Positions 48,111 to 62,797 of a stretch of 64,000 bases of DNA are shown piece by piece. The notes under the pieces are model-generated. The model was not told where the DNA came from. It did not search any database and worked only from the letters and a program-made list of their open reading frames with translations. This DNA is from Gnetum montanum. Lineage: Eukaryota > Plantae > Gnetophyta. The stretch spans positions 758,307-822,306 of the forward strand of contig MNCI01002363.1 in assembly GCA_015680685.1 (NCBI GenBank), read 5' to 3'. A program made the position numbers and the translations under genes. Each line of letters opens with the position of its first letter. Within the stretch, counting starts at the first letter, position 1.

Positions 48111-50810
48111 ATAGGGAGTTCATCAATTCCTTAGCCATCAAGCATTGCATGTTTGAGGATCTATAATTCTCAATATTAGATCAATGTTTGAAGCTTACTT
48201 ATGAAGGTTTTTGGACCATTCCATTGGGGTTTTTCATGATCTCCCATTTTTTAATATTTTGAAGAAGTATTTAAATGTTAGAAGCTTAATGAATTTTGAA
48301 GATTGATAAGTCATCTTGTTAGAAGGTTTTGGATAGTCAAATTCCAAATCTAATCCATTTGAGGATTGAATTTTTCATAATTTCTCATATGCTTTTCATT
48401 TTCTTATGTCCTTTCAAGGATGTGTCATAAATTCATGTTTAAAGCTCTCCTAAATCTTGTTGCATGAGTTAATTTGAATTGTAAGTGTTATCTCTAGTCT
48501 ACTATGATCTCATCTCTCAAATTAGAGATCTTTCAACATTGATTTGCCCTTGGATAGAGCTTACTTTTTGTGTTTGTGTTTTGTAGTTCAAAGGATATCT
48601 CTTGCCATCAATTTCAATAATATAAACTGATATTGATTTTAGGATATCAATGCATATCGATCTAGCCTCAAGGACTAATATTGCAAGTTTTTTAAAAAAT
48701 TCAAGTAGCAAACATATCATGCTACATCATTATTATGGCTTCCAGAAATACCATTTAATTACATCTCGTGTACCACTACTTAGGCAACTAGAATCGATAA
48801 CATCCTACAATAGCTTAGAAGTACAGTACAATAAGTAAATGATATTTTTTCATAATGTAGTATTCATCCATAGTCGAGCCACCTATCATTGCTTTGAGTG
48901 ATTGGCATAGCTACTCAAAAGAGAGAGCACAACTTGGAGTTTTGGTAAGGTACTTGTTTATCAAATCCTAAGACTTAGGTTTGAACATAAGTGTAGTTCA
49001 AAAAAAGATTATGCTTTAGCTCATTTATTGACCCTTCCAAGAGCCACCTCAGTGAGATGATTGAGCCTTTCTAGTCATGTTAACAATATTATAACTTTGA
49101 TTACATCAACAAGATTTTCCTCACAGAAGTAGATATGGGTCATTATCACAAGGAAGGTAACATTTCGTAATGACAATCAAAACTAGTCTTCTTATAAAGG
49201 GAAAAGTTAAAAATTGTGGGCTCCATAAAGGAACCAATTGATTCCACAAAAACTAACAACCCCTTCAAGACACAAAGAGGATGCAGAGTTCAACCTTGTC
49301 ACCTTAGAGAACATTGACATTACATGATAATGACAAATAGCCAACATGAAGCTCATAGAGATGGTTAAGTTATCAATTCTTCATGTGCAAATTATCGATG
49401 ATTTGAAATATGATGATCCTAATTTTGTAAAAGGAAAGACAATCCTTAAACATACAAGTACTTACTTTAGAAAACACTATTACACAATTGAAATAAAAAC
49501 TTAGGGTAACCATCTCTGAAATACTTCATGATGAATATTGTTCCATATGCTTCAACCTTCTTTCATTGTCATTCATCATTTCAGACCATTACATGTGATG
49601 TCATTTTACTAGCTACATTAAAGAAATAATGCAAGCATTTCTTTTTGAAATTCCTACAACATTGTCTTCACTGTACTTGTCATGAAAGCAAGACATTTTA
49701 GCATTTTTTTTCATTTTTTAATTCTTAAGAAAGTAGAGGTATCAAACCGAAGTTTGGAAATAAAATTTTAAAAAATAAAGAAAGTCATTATTATTATTAT
49801 GTGATAATTGAATTCAAACCACCTTGTCTGGATAGAAAGCTATGAATATGATAAATAATCAAATAACTAACACTAGTAAAAAGTTTGAAAATTGAGATGA
49901 TTTAGATGGAAAGAACAAAGACTAATTCTTTAAGATCAACATTAAATAAGCAAATTGTAAAGAATATTAAATCTTAAATTTAAGATGATTTTTTAAGAAA
50001 ATAGCCAAATTAACTAGTGTATGATCAACCAAATATTATTCGTCTTCTACTTGCTATAATTGTCTACTACTCAAGAGATGAGAATTTAATTATAGACTAG
50101 AATAAGCATGCATTATACTAGCTTAAAAATTTTTCACTTTTTGATACAGACAATATTTCTTTATTTTTCCATATAATTGATAGTGAGGCATTGCTTGTTG
50201 TGGTTTGCAAATCACCAATTAGAATCCAAAGGATATGCTAAAGGCATGTACCACATAGGATACATTAAAATATGAATATCTCTTTTATGTGATATGTGTT
50301 GATTATTTTAAGAATAAGATACCTCTTATTTATAATAGTTTTCATGTTAGAAAATTATTTTTGGAACTTTGGCTAACAATAATAAAGTCAAACATGTAAT
50401 ATGGCCAAAAATACTATATAATTGTTAACACCCAATTTGACCATCATTAATTATGCATTATAACTCCATAATTTTGCTTTTATCCAAGCATAGAATTATG
50501 CCCACTATATATGAGTGGATGCTTGGGTGGTATTAGGATCATCATTAGACCAAAAAGTGTATAAAGAAAATTCAAGTTGCAGTCTCTTCCTTGTGTAAGC
50601 TTGATTCAAGACTATAAGCTTGATTCAAGCTTGTTGTAAGTCTTGAACTTATTAGACTTAGATGATACAAGCTGTAGTAGTTGCTATAATTTTTTAGGAC
50701 ATTTATGTTGTTTGCCTTGAAGTTGTTTTCTTATTTTCTATTAATTTCTACTATTTCTATTTTCTTTTTTACATTTATTCTACTTTAATGATGTATTAAA
50801 AATTAATATA

Positions 50811-53800
50811 TGGTATCACAACTTGGGCTTTCTAGTTGAATATATGGTCTCACAACTTGGGTTTTCTAGTTGAGCTTGTTCCAAGACTTGTGATTTCTTA
50901 AGTAGAAGTGTTTCAAGATGATTGGTGGTGCCAAACATATTTAGAAACAAAAACGTTCAATGACAACAACTACAATCTTTGGAAGTTCAAGATAGAAGAT
51001 GTGTTAGTTGAAAAGAAATAGGATGTATGCCTCATTGGAATTAAATAGAGAACATGAAAGCTAAAGACTAGAATCAATTATTATTAGGAAAGCTTTAGTC
51101 TAACTAGAGTAACAAGTGTGTAGCAAATGCCAACCCAATGGTCTAAATCTAATCAATAGCACAAATCTTATCATCAACCACACAAGAAAATGCATCTAGA
51201 TTTACAAAGCAAAAATGGCAAGATAAATAGTAGATAAGGTGGCCATTTAAGGAAGGATATGTGTGCAAGCGACTGCAAGCCAACACACACTAACAAGGCC
51301 ACCTCATTATCTCACTTTAGATATAATTTATAAAGGTATTTTTAACCTTGTGCTTATAAATTTACAAGATGAAAAGACTGCAATGATATTATATGATGTC
51401 ATAGGTAAAATAAATCAATCTAGTTCTTACTCAAATAAATTGCATCTTAAAAAGTAATTACTTTTGTTAAGTAAGTCTAAAATAACTACTATTGCATATC
51501 ATTTTAGTAATTTTAATACTATTGTAACATAATTGCAATCAATTGGTAGTAAGATAGAAGAGAAAGATCAATGTATTTCTTTTTGATTCATGAGAAAATA
51601 TTATTCAAAATATTATTAGTACAAGTATCTCTTTAAAATTTGATGAATTTGTACTACCGATAATAGAAAAACTTTAAAGAAAGGGCTCTATGCCTACATT
51701 TACTAAAGCATTGGTAACTAAAAGATCAGGAAAACAATAATCAGTTAAACCCTCTAATAAGAAGAATTCTAAATATAAGAAATACTCCCAAAAGAACACC
51801 AAAATGTTGGATTTGTGGGAAGTATGGCCACTTAAAGAAGGATTGTAAATTTTTGAAGAAAAAGGAGAAAGATGTTAGATCTAGTTCTTTTAAGAAAGAT
51901 GGTGATAAAGAAGTGCTAGACTTTTCTATAGTCACAACTAGAGGTAACTCTAATTGGAATTACTAGTATATTGATTCAAGTGTTTCATATAGCTTTACAG
52001 TTAGAAGAGAATAATTTTCTTATTACCATGAAGTTATATCTACTCTTATTTTTCTTGGAAATGTTGAAACCTATACACTTAAAGGTTATAGTAAAGTAAA
52101 TTTATCTTGCAATAGTAGAATAACTATAATTCTCAAAGTATATCATATTCCTAAGCTCATATGTGACCAACTTTGATGATTTTCACTTGTTTGCATTATT
52201 TGGAAATAAGAAATATAAAATTTTTAGAGAAAATCCATCATAGTCATAGGATATAGAGAAGGAAGTGGGAGACTACGCCAGCTAGATGGTAATAAAGAAG
52301 TACTAGACTTGTGTGTAGTCATAACTACAGGTATCTCTAATTGGAAATACTGATATATTAATTCAAGTGTTTCATATAGCTTTATACCTAGAAGAGAATG
52401 GTCTTCTAAGTACCATGAAGTTATATCTACTCTTATTTTTCTTGGAAATGTTGAAACTATACAGTTAAAGGTTATGGTAAAGTAAAGTTATCCTGTAATA
52501 ATAGAATAACTATAATTTCCAAAGTATATCATTTTCTTAAGCTCACAAAAAACTTATAATATATGATCAATTTTGATGATTTTTGCCTGTTTGCATTATT
52601 TGGAAACAAGAAATATAAATTTTTTTTAGAGAAAATCCATCATAGTCATAGGATATAGAGAAAGGAGTGGGAGACTATGCCAACTAGATGGTGCTAAAAC
52701 AGTACTAGACTTGTGTGTAGTCACAATTGGAGGTAACTCTAATTGGAATTACTGGTATATTGATTCAAGTGTTTCATATAGCTTTACACCTATAAGNCCT
52801 AGACTTGTGTGTAGTCACAATTGGAGGTAACTCTAATTGGAATTACTGGTATATTGATTCAAGTGTTTCATATAGCTTTACACCTATAAGAGAATGGTTT
52901 TCTAAATACTATGAAGTTATATCTACTCTTATTTTTCTTGGGAATGGTGAAACCTATGTAGTTAAAGATCATGGTAAAGTAAAGTAGTAGAATAACTATA
53001 ATTCCCAAAGTATATCATATCCCTAAGTTCACCAAAAACTTATTATCTATGATCAATTTTGATGATTTTCACCTTTTTGCATTATTTGGAAATAAGAAAT
53101 ATAAGGTTTTTTTTAGAGAAAATCCATCATAGTCATAGGATATAGAGAAGAAAGTGGGAGACTATACCAACTAGATGGTGTTATAGTGGCTAATAAAGCT
53201 AAAGTCTTTCATGCTTAGAAAGAGAACTTTATTATGAATCTATGGCANTTCTTTCATGCTTAGAAAGAGAACTTTATTATGAATCTATGGCATAGGAGAC
53301 TTGGATATGTGGGAGAAAAGTCCATTCGGATTCTTCAAGAAAAAGGTATAATTAAAGGTAATGTCCAAGATCATTTACCTCTTTATGAACATTGCTTGAA
53401 TGGAAAACAACATCGTTTGAGCTTTCCTGCAAGTACTCAAAGAGCTGAAAACATATTGGATCTAGTTCATAGTGATGTGTTTGATCTTGTTTCAATAGCT
53501 TCAATTGTCCCCTTCATAGATGATTAGTTAGGGAAGTATAGATTTACTTTCTAAAATTCAAATACAAAGTCTTTGATAAATTCAAGGAATATGAATCTAT
53601 TATTAAGAACTAATCTAAAAAAAGAATTAAAGCCCTCAAGAGAGATAATGGTGTTTATATGAATTTAAAAAATTTAGCAAGACTCATAGTATTTTCAAGC
53701 AGAAGAGCACATCAAAATAGAGTTGTAGAATGGGTGAATAGAATGCTCTTGGAATGAGCTCAGTGTATGCTTAGTGATGTTGCTTCCAAAAAGAAATTTT

Positions 53801-54250
53801 GGGCAGAATTTGTGATAATAGCTTGATAGTTAATTAAAAAAATGCCCTCATCATCATTGGATGGGAAAATCCTATAAGAGATATGGTCCAATAAGAAACT
53901 CTTATTGGATCATTTAAGAGTATTTGGAAGTATAGCTTATTGTTATGTGCCTAAAAAATGTAAATCCAATAAATGCATTTTTTATTAGATATGGTCATGG
54001 CATAAAAGGATATAAGCTATGAAATCCTTGTATTTAATAAATTTATTTATAGTAGATATGTAGTATTTATGGAATCATCTCAACCTAATGAAGTTGAGAA
54101 AAAGGTTCTAGAAAAAGCTCACTATGATATCGACCAAAAATAAAATATAGAGCAAATCAATGATGAACTTAATGGTGTGGGAAATTTTACCTTAAGAAGA
54201 AAATCAACCATTAACAAGGTCAAGTTAGGTAAGATGAATACCTCAATATT
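50811..54250 (+). mobile_element. Truncated Ty1/copia: PBS, gag, repeated protease segment, integrase; no RT (5' LTR probably within ~50340-50810)
   Basis: PBS tggtatcacaac; FNDNNYNLWKFKIEDVL; CWICGKYGHLKKDC; WYIDSSVS; LWHRRLGYVGEK; LDLVHSDV. Confidence 0.88.
51895..53175 (+). repeat. Three diverged tandem copies (~390-400 bp) of the copia protease-coding segment
   Basis: The unit tagatggt...ctagactt...aattggaa...tcaagtgtttcatatagcttta recurs at ~51895, ~52283 and ~52685 with substitutions and indels. Confidence 0.88.
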
Positions 54251-55802
54251 TAAATTCATATGTTTTATATATTGATTCTTCTCAAACCTATAAAAAGGTT
54301 GTGATTCATATGTTTTTAGTTCTATTTTAAATAGAAATCATTTTCTATCCTTTATTCTTTATTTTAAAACTAAATTTGCCCATTTTCTTTCATTTTTGAA
54401 TGTGCATCAAGCCAAAGTGTCATCTTGCATACAATTATTCTACTTATAAATAGACTTTTAACTACAATATAGTTTCCTTTTATGGTAAGTTTTGATACCC
54501 CCAAGGCACCAAAACCATGATTGTTACCATAAACAGTAAACAGACTTTTCCAACTACGCTAGCTTCTCCCACCAATGCTGGCCTTATGAAATAATGCTAG
54601 CATTATGGAATTTTTTCTGAAATGGTTGGAGAAATGCTAGAGTGTAAAACCAAGTTGGAATTGTAACATCCACAAAAACTCCAACCACTCCAACACTGGC
54701 TTTGTAATACCCATGCTAGGTTTTGTGGCAGGTATGCTAATTTTGTTGGGAAAATGAAAACCCAACACCACCAATGTTGGGAATAGGTGGTTCCAGTATA
54801 GTTGAGGATATACTCCCATAAAAACCCATGAAAATGCCAATTTTTGTAGTCCAAAAGATGATTTTAACCTCCCCAAGCCAAAATATAGACATAGTATGAC
54901 TTTTTTTCACTTGGGGAGCAAGGCTATGGCAACTTATGAGGCTAATTTTTCAGCCCTAAAAGTTAAAGTATGTGCAACTACATCTTATGGATTATAATCT
55001 TCACATTTTATAATAAAATTCCAGCCTCAAGTTAAATGGTGAGGTTTACAAGTTGCAACATGATATTTCTTGGTGATGTTTCAGGAGGCAAGATATGAAG
55101 AAGATAAAGTCAAGAAGGCACCACATATAGTTGTGCTTGAAGTAAAAGAAGATGCTTTATTCCAAATTAAACAATTCTATCAAATTTATGGATCTCATTT
55201 CCAAACATTAGTAATTTGTATTAAAGATCCCATCAACATAAAGTGACATTTAGCTCTTGTAGAAACCCCTATAAGAAATAAGAAGAACTCTAGGCTTAGG
55301 AGGAATTTAAGGCCTAATACCTCTAATGGATCTAGAAGAGACAAATCAAGGAGTCACAAAGAAAAATCACCTCACACTATTCTTCAACTCCTCCATATTC
55401 TTTCTCACACTTATTAGTAGATTTTGAAAAGAGGAAGGGAAGACTAAGGGATTATAATGGGGAAAGAAGAAGAGATCATGTGAGACATGAAAACAAAAGA
55501 AGGCATCTTGATGAAGGGGAAGATGGTCATGAAAAAAGAGGAGAAAGGGTCAGATATAAAAGAAGAAAGAATCATGAGTATAAGAGGAGTCACCACTACA
55601 ATAGAGCTTACAAACTTGAAGACTATGAAAAACGCTTGTTATCCACTTGCAATATAATTACCATTGGGAAATTAGTGTACATTCCTACTAGGAATTTAAG
55701 GGATAGTTAGATCAAGCAACTTGAAATGAATAATATACTAAAATTTGAAGGAAAATATAATGTAGATTCACAACATCATCTCCAAGCCTTCCATGATGCC
55801 TG

Positions 55803-56801
55803 TGATGCACAGGTTTCACCTTAAAAGATTCCAATGGAATCCAATACACAACTTCCAATAAAATTTACCTTAGAAAGTAAGAATAACATAATAAAATAGA
55901 TACAAATTCCCTTTTATTAAGAAAATTCTTAGTGATACATAGAAAATATATCAAAGATAAGGAGCCAAGCTCAACCCATAACTCTCCCAAGGATCTTAGA
56001 GGCCATACTTGTCCTCTTTTAATCCTCAATTTCTAACCATGGAGACCAAGCTTAAGACAAGACACTTATAAGAGATTCTCCTCACCTCTCTCAAGTGCTC
56101 TCCCTTGCCTTTCACTCAACTTTCTTATACTAGCTTTCTTTTTGCATAAGATCTCCTGCCTCAAGAGCTCTTTCTTACTCTTGACTTAGGTTTGGCACTT
56201 TAGCACTTCAACGTTTGGCACTTTGGCATTAACAATGATGAATTACATCAATATTTATAAGCAACCAAGTGATAAGAATCTTAGAAACCTTTCCTCAACT
56301 TAACTTGAGTTTATTTAGATGTTTCCCAAGTATTCTCACCTTCTCCCTAGTTATTTTCATCTTGCTTTGGTTGTTTCATGAATTAGGATGGGAATTTTCA
56401 AAAAATTCCCCATCCATTTGGGTCATCTCTAACCTTGTCAAGACATCACTTATGAAAACCCAGCTCTTAGCCAATATGTCTATTAATTTTCTGATGTCTC
56501 ATGCACAATGGAGACATCTCATCTGCAAGTGCCAAACACAAAAATTCTCATTTCAATGCTTGGAACCTTCAAATGCCTCCAAACAAGTCCCCATAGACCC
56601 TGGAATTCCCTAGACTCATCAAAATGAGTCCAAAACATCCTGAAACATGTCACAACATCCAAGAATCATCATTAATAAAATCAACACAAGAATACACATA
56701 AAAATAGGATACCTTCTTCTAGGTATTCTTCAAGTGCGAAACTTGAAGTAACAACTTGTAGGACAAAGCATAAGGAAATCAAAAGATGTGCTTCAACACC
56801 A
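55803..56801 (-). mobile_element. Solo LTR (~1 kb, different family) inserted in element C gag
   Basis: TG...CA termini, TSD gcctg/gccta; removal restores QAFHDA-YVL*NIENDWRKLKLF, matching element D gag; orientation from a reverse TATA at ~56252. Confidence 0.82.
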
Positions 56802-59624
56802 GCCTATGTTCTATAGAATATAGAGAATGATTGGAGAAAACTAAAGTTATTTTCCATGACACATAAAGGAACTAGAGAGCTAGTACAAATTTTTGGAACT
56901 AGAATTAATTAAAGAAGGAGTATGATGCTAGCACTCTTTAATGACAAATATCATACTTATTCCAAAGTATCAAATTTAAGCAAGTAGATCCAAGGATAGA
57001 AACAAGGGCTATGTTAATCCCTTGATGTAGTAATGGGTAGGTATTGCTCTTTATTACATAGATTTCCAAGCCACAAATTTTCTTAATGGGAACAAATATG
57101 ACTTATCTTTGATGGGCTAAGAAACAAAAAAGGATAAATCCTTAGAGTATATGCCCAAGGTAGATTATCCAAAATAACAACTCATCAAATATAAAGGTTA
57201 ATAGACCAAGTGGAGAAAGAATAAGAGGATCCACAAAAAGGAAAATTAGCTAAAGAATATAACAAAGACTCATCTATCAGAAAAAAAGATGTGAGGATAT
57301 GTGAAACATAAGAAGAAGAAACATTAGAAGATATAATACAATGGAAGAGTATACTCATCCAAAAATCAGCAAATGATATCGCAATGAAGGTAGAGAAAAT
57401 GTGGGATTCTGTAAATGATAAATTTACTATAAGACTCAAGATAGCAGAGGAAAGAACTGAACAAGCCTTCAAAAAAAATTAGGACAAAAGGAAGAAAAAG
57501 GACAAAGGATGTGAAAACTATAAGAACAAAGGAAAATTTATTATGGTAGAGGAAATAATATACTCAAGCTTAGAAGATAACATAGGTTGCAAAGTGTGCT
57601 AATATAAACATCTTAATGGATGTTGTCTTGTCATGGCCCACTTACAAGAGTCCAAGGCATATGTACTCAATTCAAAATTTGTTAAGAAACAAATGTCCAT
57701 ATGATTATCTTATCCATAAGGTAATTTTAGACAATCTTATCAACAATCATACTATCCAAGTGGGGCTTATCCTCAACCTTAGAAAAAATACCAATAGTAA
57801 TGGCAACAACCATAGTCATGGGAAATGTCATCACTAAGGTAGAAGTATCCATATAAACAATGATATCCTTATGGATTCTATGTGCAACATCCTATTTCTC
57901 CTAGAAATACTTCTGTTCATGCTTTCTCTTCTTACTATGCACCTAAATATCATAGATCCATAAGCCCATGTATGGATTCTCCTCCTTACATGTTTCAACC
58001 AACACCATGTCCCTCTTATCAAGCTCCTAATCCGTTACCACTAGTACAACTATTGGTTATGCAAGGAGAATTGTCAACATAATCATAGAAAAAGAGTGCT
58101 ACTAGGGTAGTCACTACATAAGAGGACATGATGACAAGTGAACCAAGATCTAGGAAACATCCCTTTTTAAGGCAAGTCCAAAAAATATTCAAAGGATAAG
58201 AACTTCATCTAACCTTGCTCCATCTACACAAGGTCCTCAAGATGACACTATGCTTCCAATATTAATAGAAAATAAATTGACTACTACCATGCTCACACAA
58301 ATAATCATAAATTGGAGCAAGGCAAGAGTAATTCCTAAGAAAATAACAAATTTCCTTTACTCTATCTCTAAATAGCAGGATATAAACCATGTAAGGATTT
58401 ACTAGATTTTGGGTCAATAGATAATCTTATCTCTCAAGATATGTATAAGGCATGGAATCTTCTTCCTTTGAAGAAAAGTAACATTCAACTAAAGCTATTA
58501 GAAAATTTGATCATTATTCCACTTGGATAAGTGGAAGAAATAGTAACTTATCATAAGTGACTAGTTCTATCATATTGATTTTCTAGTTATCCACATGGGG
58601 AAGAATAAAGGAGAATTTCTTATCATCATGGGAAGGACATGGCTTAGTACTGTGGATGATAAGTTGGGAATCAAAGACTTTTCCTTGAAAATTTTCAAGG
58701 AAGATGAAGTTGGAATAATTCAAAGACACAAGGTTCCATGTCTCATATAACAATAATGAATGTAATTATGTATAGAGAATTTGTACAATAAGACATGCTG
58801 CTATCATAGCATGCAACAAATGTTTTGAAGATGTTTGTACAAAAATATTCATATGTAGAAACCTTTAGACAAGAAGGTACCTAGTGGCCTATTAATGAAG
58901 AAGACTTAGAGTCTAACATATACATGGAATTAGTGGATAAAATCACAAGTTCCCGTATTGAAGAAATAGATAGACTAGAATAGATATGAAGATAACCTCC
59001 CTACACTAACTGACAATAGTAGGAGGATATTAAATGGCGAATATTAGAGATACCAGAAAGATATGAACTAAAACCACTAGAACTAAAAGGCCTATTAGAT
59101 GAACTTAAATAAGCTTTCTTTAATAATAAAGAATTGGTAATCATAAATGCCAATCTTAATAAAGAATAGAAGAGAAAATTATTGGAAGTGGTGAACAAAT
59201 GACCAACTACATTTGCATGGTCTTATGATGAGATCACTGACATTGATCCATGCATCGATTAACATCGAATATACATTAATCTAGCTATTAAACCATGCCA
59301 CCAACCTCAATAGAGATTGAATTCAAAGCTTAAAGAAGTTGTCAAACAAAAATTACAAAAGCTATTAAGATTAGGGTTCGTCTATCCTATGGTAGATAGT
59401 GAGTGGGTTAGCCCATTAGTTATTATTCCAAAGAAGCATGGCAAGTGGAGGATCTTTATAGATTTTCAATTATTAAATATGGAAACATTCAAAGACCATT
59501 TTACTTTACCATTTGTTTGCCATGTCCTAGATACCATTTCAGGACATCAATACTATAACTTCCTAGATGAATACAACAAATACAATCAGATCCATATTGC
59601 AGTAGAGGATCAAGAAAAAATGAT

Positions 59625-60559
59625 TGATGAATCGTGGTTTGTTAGGTGCTGATATCGAACCCTTGACATCGAACCCTTGACATTGGACCCTTGACATTAG
59701 ACCCTTGATATTAGACCCTTGATGTTGGACCCTCAATATTAGGTATGCGATATCGTGGCCTAGATAATGATATCGGATACATGATATCATGATTCTTATG
59801 TAAGCCTATAAATACACCTTTGGGCACATAAGAAGGGGAGTAAGTTAGAGTCAATAAGTGTAGAAGTAGGGTCTTTTTATTCATTTTTAGTTCATTTTAA
59901 CTCTTTCCCCAGTGCATGCCTGCAATGTGATGATTGTAATTGTATGAAACCTTTATTTGAGTAATGTACTTGAACATGCACATGACCAACAACAAAGATT
60001 GAGATTACTTCATCATTGTAGCATTCACTTAGTTTTAATTACTTATTGTTTTTTTTATTTATTATTTTTCTAATTAATATTTCTTACCCTTCATTTACTA
60101 TCTCTATTATTAAACGTGGAATGAGTACAACTTAATCACAAGCATTTAAGTGTGACTACTTGGTAACCCAGTAGAGTATTTAGGAGTGCTCAAGTAATAT
60201 ACGCTTGGTAATCCTAGAAGTAGTACATGAGGTCCAAGATGTGTACAAATGATTAAGGATGGATTCTCATTGCACTTAGGCTAGCTTAGGTTCTCTTCTC
60301 TCATTTCCTCTTAGCTTAAAACAAAGTTATTTTCCATTGCCTCTAGGAGTAGCACTAGTTTAGGACCACATCATACACCTCACTCTGGACTAAACGATAC
60401 ATGACAGAGCAAATACTAGTCTAGATGGGAAGACAACGAACTACGATCAACATGTAACTATCTAGATACCACAACTATCTTGTCTATGGAGTTCGACCGG
60501 ATCATGCGTGAACGCTCATATTCATATGGTTGAGTGTAGGGGTACCTCACCACTCATCA
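59625..60559 (+). mobile_element. Solo LTR (935 bp, Athila-like family) inserted in RT
   Basis: TGATGA...TCATCA, perfect TSD ATGAT; removal restores EDQEKM-MFTSSWEMFAY. Confidence 0.95.
59654..59737 (+). repeat. Six 14-bp tandem repeats (atcgaacccttgac) in the LTR U3 region
   Basis: Directly visible; copies become progressively more diverged. Confidence 0.9.
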
Positions 60560-62797
60560 ATGATGTTCACTAGTTCATGGGAAATGTTTGCATACAAGAA
60601 AATTCCCTTTCACCTATGTAATATTCATGTCACCTTCTTGAGACTTGTCCTCAATATCTTACAAAAACAAATTGGCAATGAAGTTGAAGTATTCATGGAA
60701 ATTTTTTCTACATATGGGCTTGATTTCAAACAAGCTTTGGACTACTTATAGCAAGCCTTGAAAAGATGTTTTGAAACTAATTTGAAGCTCAATTTGTCAA
60801 GAGATATGTTTAATGATCCATGATGGCATAGTTCTAGGATATAAGGTATCTTACAAAGGAATCAAGATAGATCCAAATAAGATTAAAGTCAACCAAAACA
60901 TCACTTAAAGGGCCACATATAGTCAAGGATGTCAAATCATTCCTTAGCCATACAAGGTACTATAGAAGTTTCATTGAAAATTTCTTAAAGATTTAAAAGC
61001 TTCTTGTTAAAATGACAAAGAAAGATACACCATTTTATTGGTTAGAAAAATGTGAGAAAGTATTTGGGAGTCTAGATAAGAACTGATCAAGACACCAATC
61101 CTTCAAGCTTTAGATTGGTCTAAGCCTTTCCACATTATTACTAATTCTTCAAACTATGCATTGGGAGTAGTGTTGACGCAACTTGATGATAAAAAATGAG
61201 CATATTACACTACGCTAGTCGAAGAATTACTAGAGAATAACTTAACTATATCACTATGGAAAAAGAGCTTATGGCTATGGTATACACACTTGAAAAGTTA
61301 AAATATTATGTGTTCATATATCCTATCTATGTTCATATAGACCAAATGCCATCAAATTTATAATGAACAAACTAGTGGTAAGTCCAAGAATGATAAGATG
61401 GCTTGTCATCTTATAAGTAGTTAACATCTCAATGATTGACAAAAAAGAAATAAAAAATGTTGTTACTGATCACCTATTAAGATTAAGATTGAATCTTTAA
61501 GAAAATGAAGAACCATTTTCATACTAATTTCTTGATAGAATTTTATTCATAAAGAAAAAAATGGTTGTAGATTCAGCAATAAAGTCATAGATTACTAATT
61601 ACATGACATATCTAATCATACAAGAACTTCCTACTAAATGGTCTCAAAAGAAAAAAGAATAGTTTTTTTCACAAAGTAAAATGATATATATAAATTAATA
61701 GGAATATTTATAAGATATGTGTCAATGATTTAAACGATGGTGTGTTCCAAAAGAAAATCAACACAGAGTTCTACAAAATGCACATAAGGACATGTGGTGG
61801 TTACTATGCAGGATGATGAATAGTACTGAAACTAAGGATGGTAGGCTACTTTTGGCCTACCATATTCAAGAATGCATATCAATTTACACAATCTTATAAA
61901 AGATTCCAAAGGGATGAATGATTGACAACCAAAAACATAGGGCCACAACAATGGATACAACCATTGGAACCATTTAACATTTGGAAAATTAACTTTATGG
62001 GGCTCATTACATCGATGTCGAATAGAAAGTTCTATATTATTATGACTATTGATTACTTTACTAAGTGGCTATAAGAAGCTATAGTTAAAGATTGCATAGC
62101 CACAACAGCTGGACCACTAACTTTTTATTTGATTTTCTAAATTTTCACTTTAGAAAATAGTTGTGGGGTTGTCATCTTTTATAATTATCCATCATTTTAT
62201 ACATTCTTTAATATCTTTCAAATTCTTTCTATGTTTTTCTATTTTTACCTATTTCTCATTATTTTATAGTTTTACCATTTCTCATGTACATATTTTTGGT
62301 TATCTTTCTAATAAATGTAAATGAATAAATAAGATGTAGTTGAAGCAATAAAAATTTTACTCTATATTATCAAATCATTAAAGGATTGATTGTATATACA
62401 TTGAGATGACATCATGCATCCACTCATTTCTAATAATAAGCAGTTCTTACCATGGACATAATGACATTATTTCCACAATAAAACTAAAATAAACTTGTGA
62501 TCATTATGCCTGGATGAAAAAGTAAAGAAACAAATGGGAATGAAAATGGTGTGACATCAAGGAAATTATGTTATTAAGATGTATTATCTACTTGAGTTCC
62601 AACAAAAAATAAAATCATGTTCTAAAATAAGTATTATCTTTCCATGTCATTAGAAAGATATGTTATCTATGCCTAAAGGTAGTCCTCTAGTAAGGTTGGC
62701 ATAGTAATAACATAATAACTACTCATAATAAAAAATTCTAGGTGTTTCACTAGAAAGACATGTTACCCATTCTTGAAGGCACTTCTCTATCCAATGG

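Noticed and set aside
48700-50300. Possible host-gene exons or another element
   Set aside because: The parts I translated gave no recognisable motif; left unassigned
51082-51295. Possible small solo LTR (tattag...ctaaca) interrupting copia gag
   Set aside because: Gag similarity is interrupted, but the flanks (attat/aggcc) give no TSD, so the boundaries are unsupported
52704-52891. Exact ~93-bp repeat as a fourth protease unit
   Set aside because: The copies are identical and straddle a single N at 52797, typical of overlapping contig ends
53205-53292. Exact ~43-bp duplication
   Set aside because: It straddles an N at 53248, so it is probably an assembly artefact
54880-55240. Possible additional gag fragment
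   Set aside because: Only a weak MATYEANFSAL resemblance; insufficient without a profile search
55480-55710. R/K/H-rich ORF as a stand-alone basic protein
   Set aside because: It continues in frame past a TAG into the gag capsid motif, so it is the gag N-terminus
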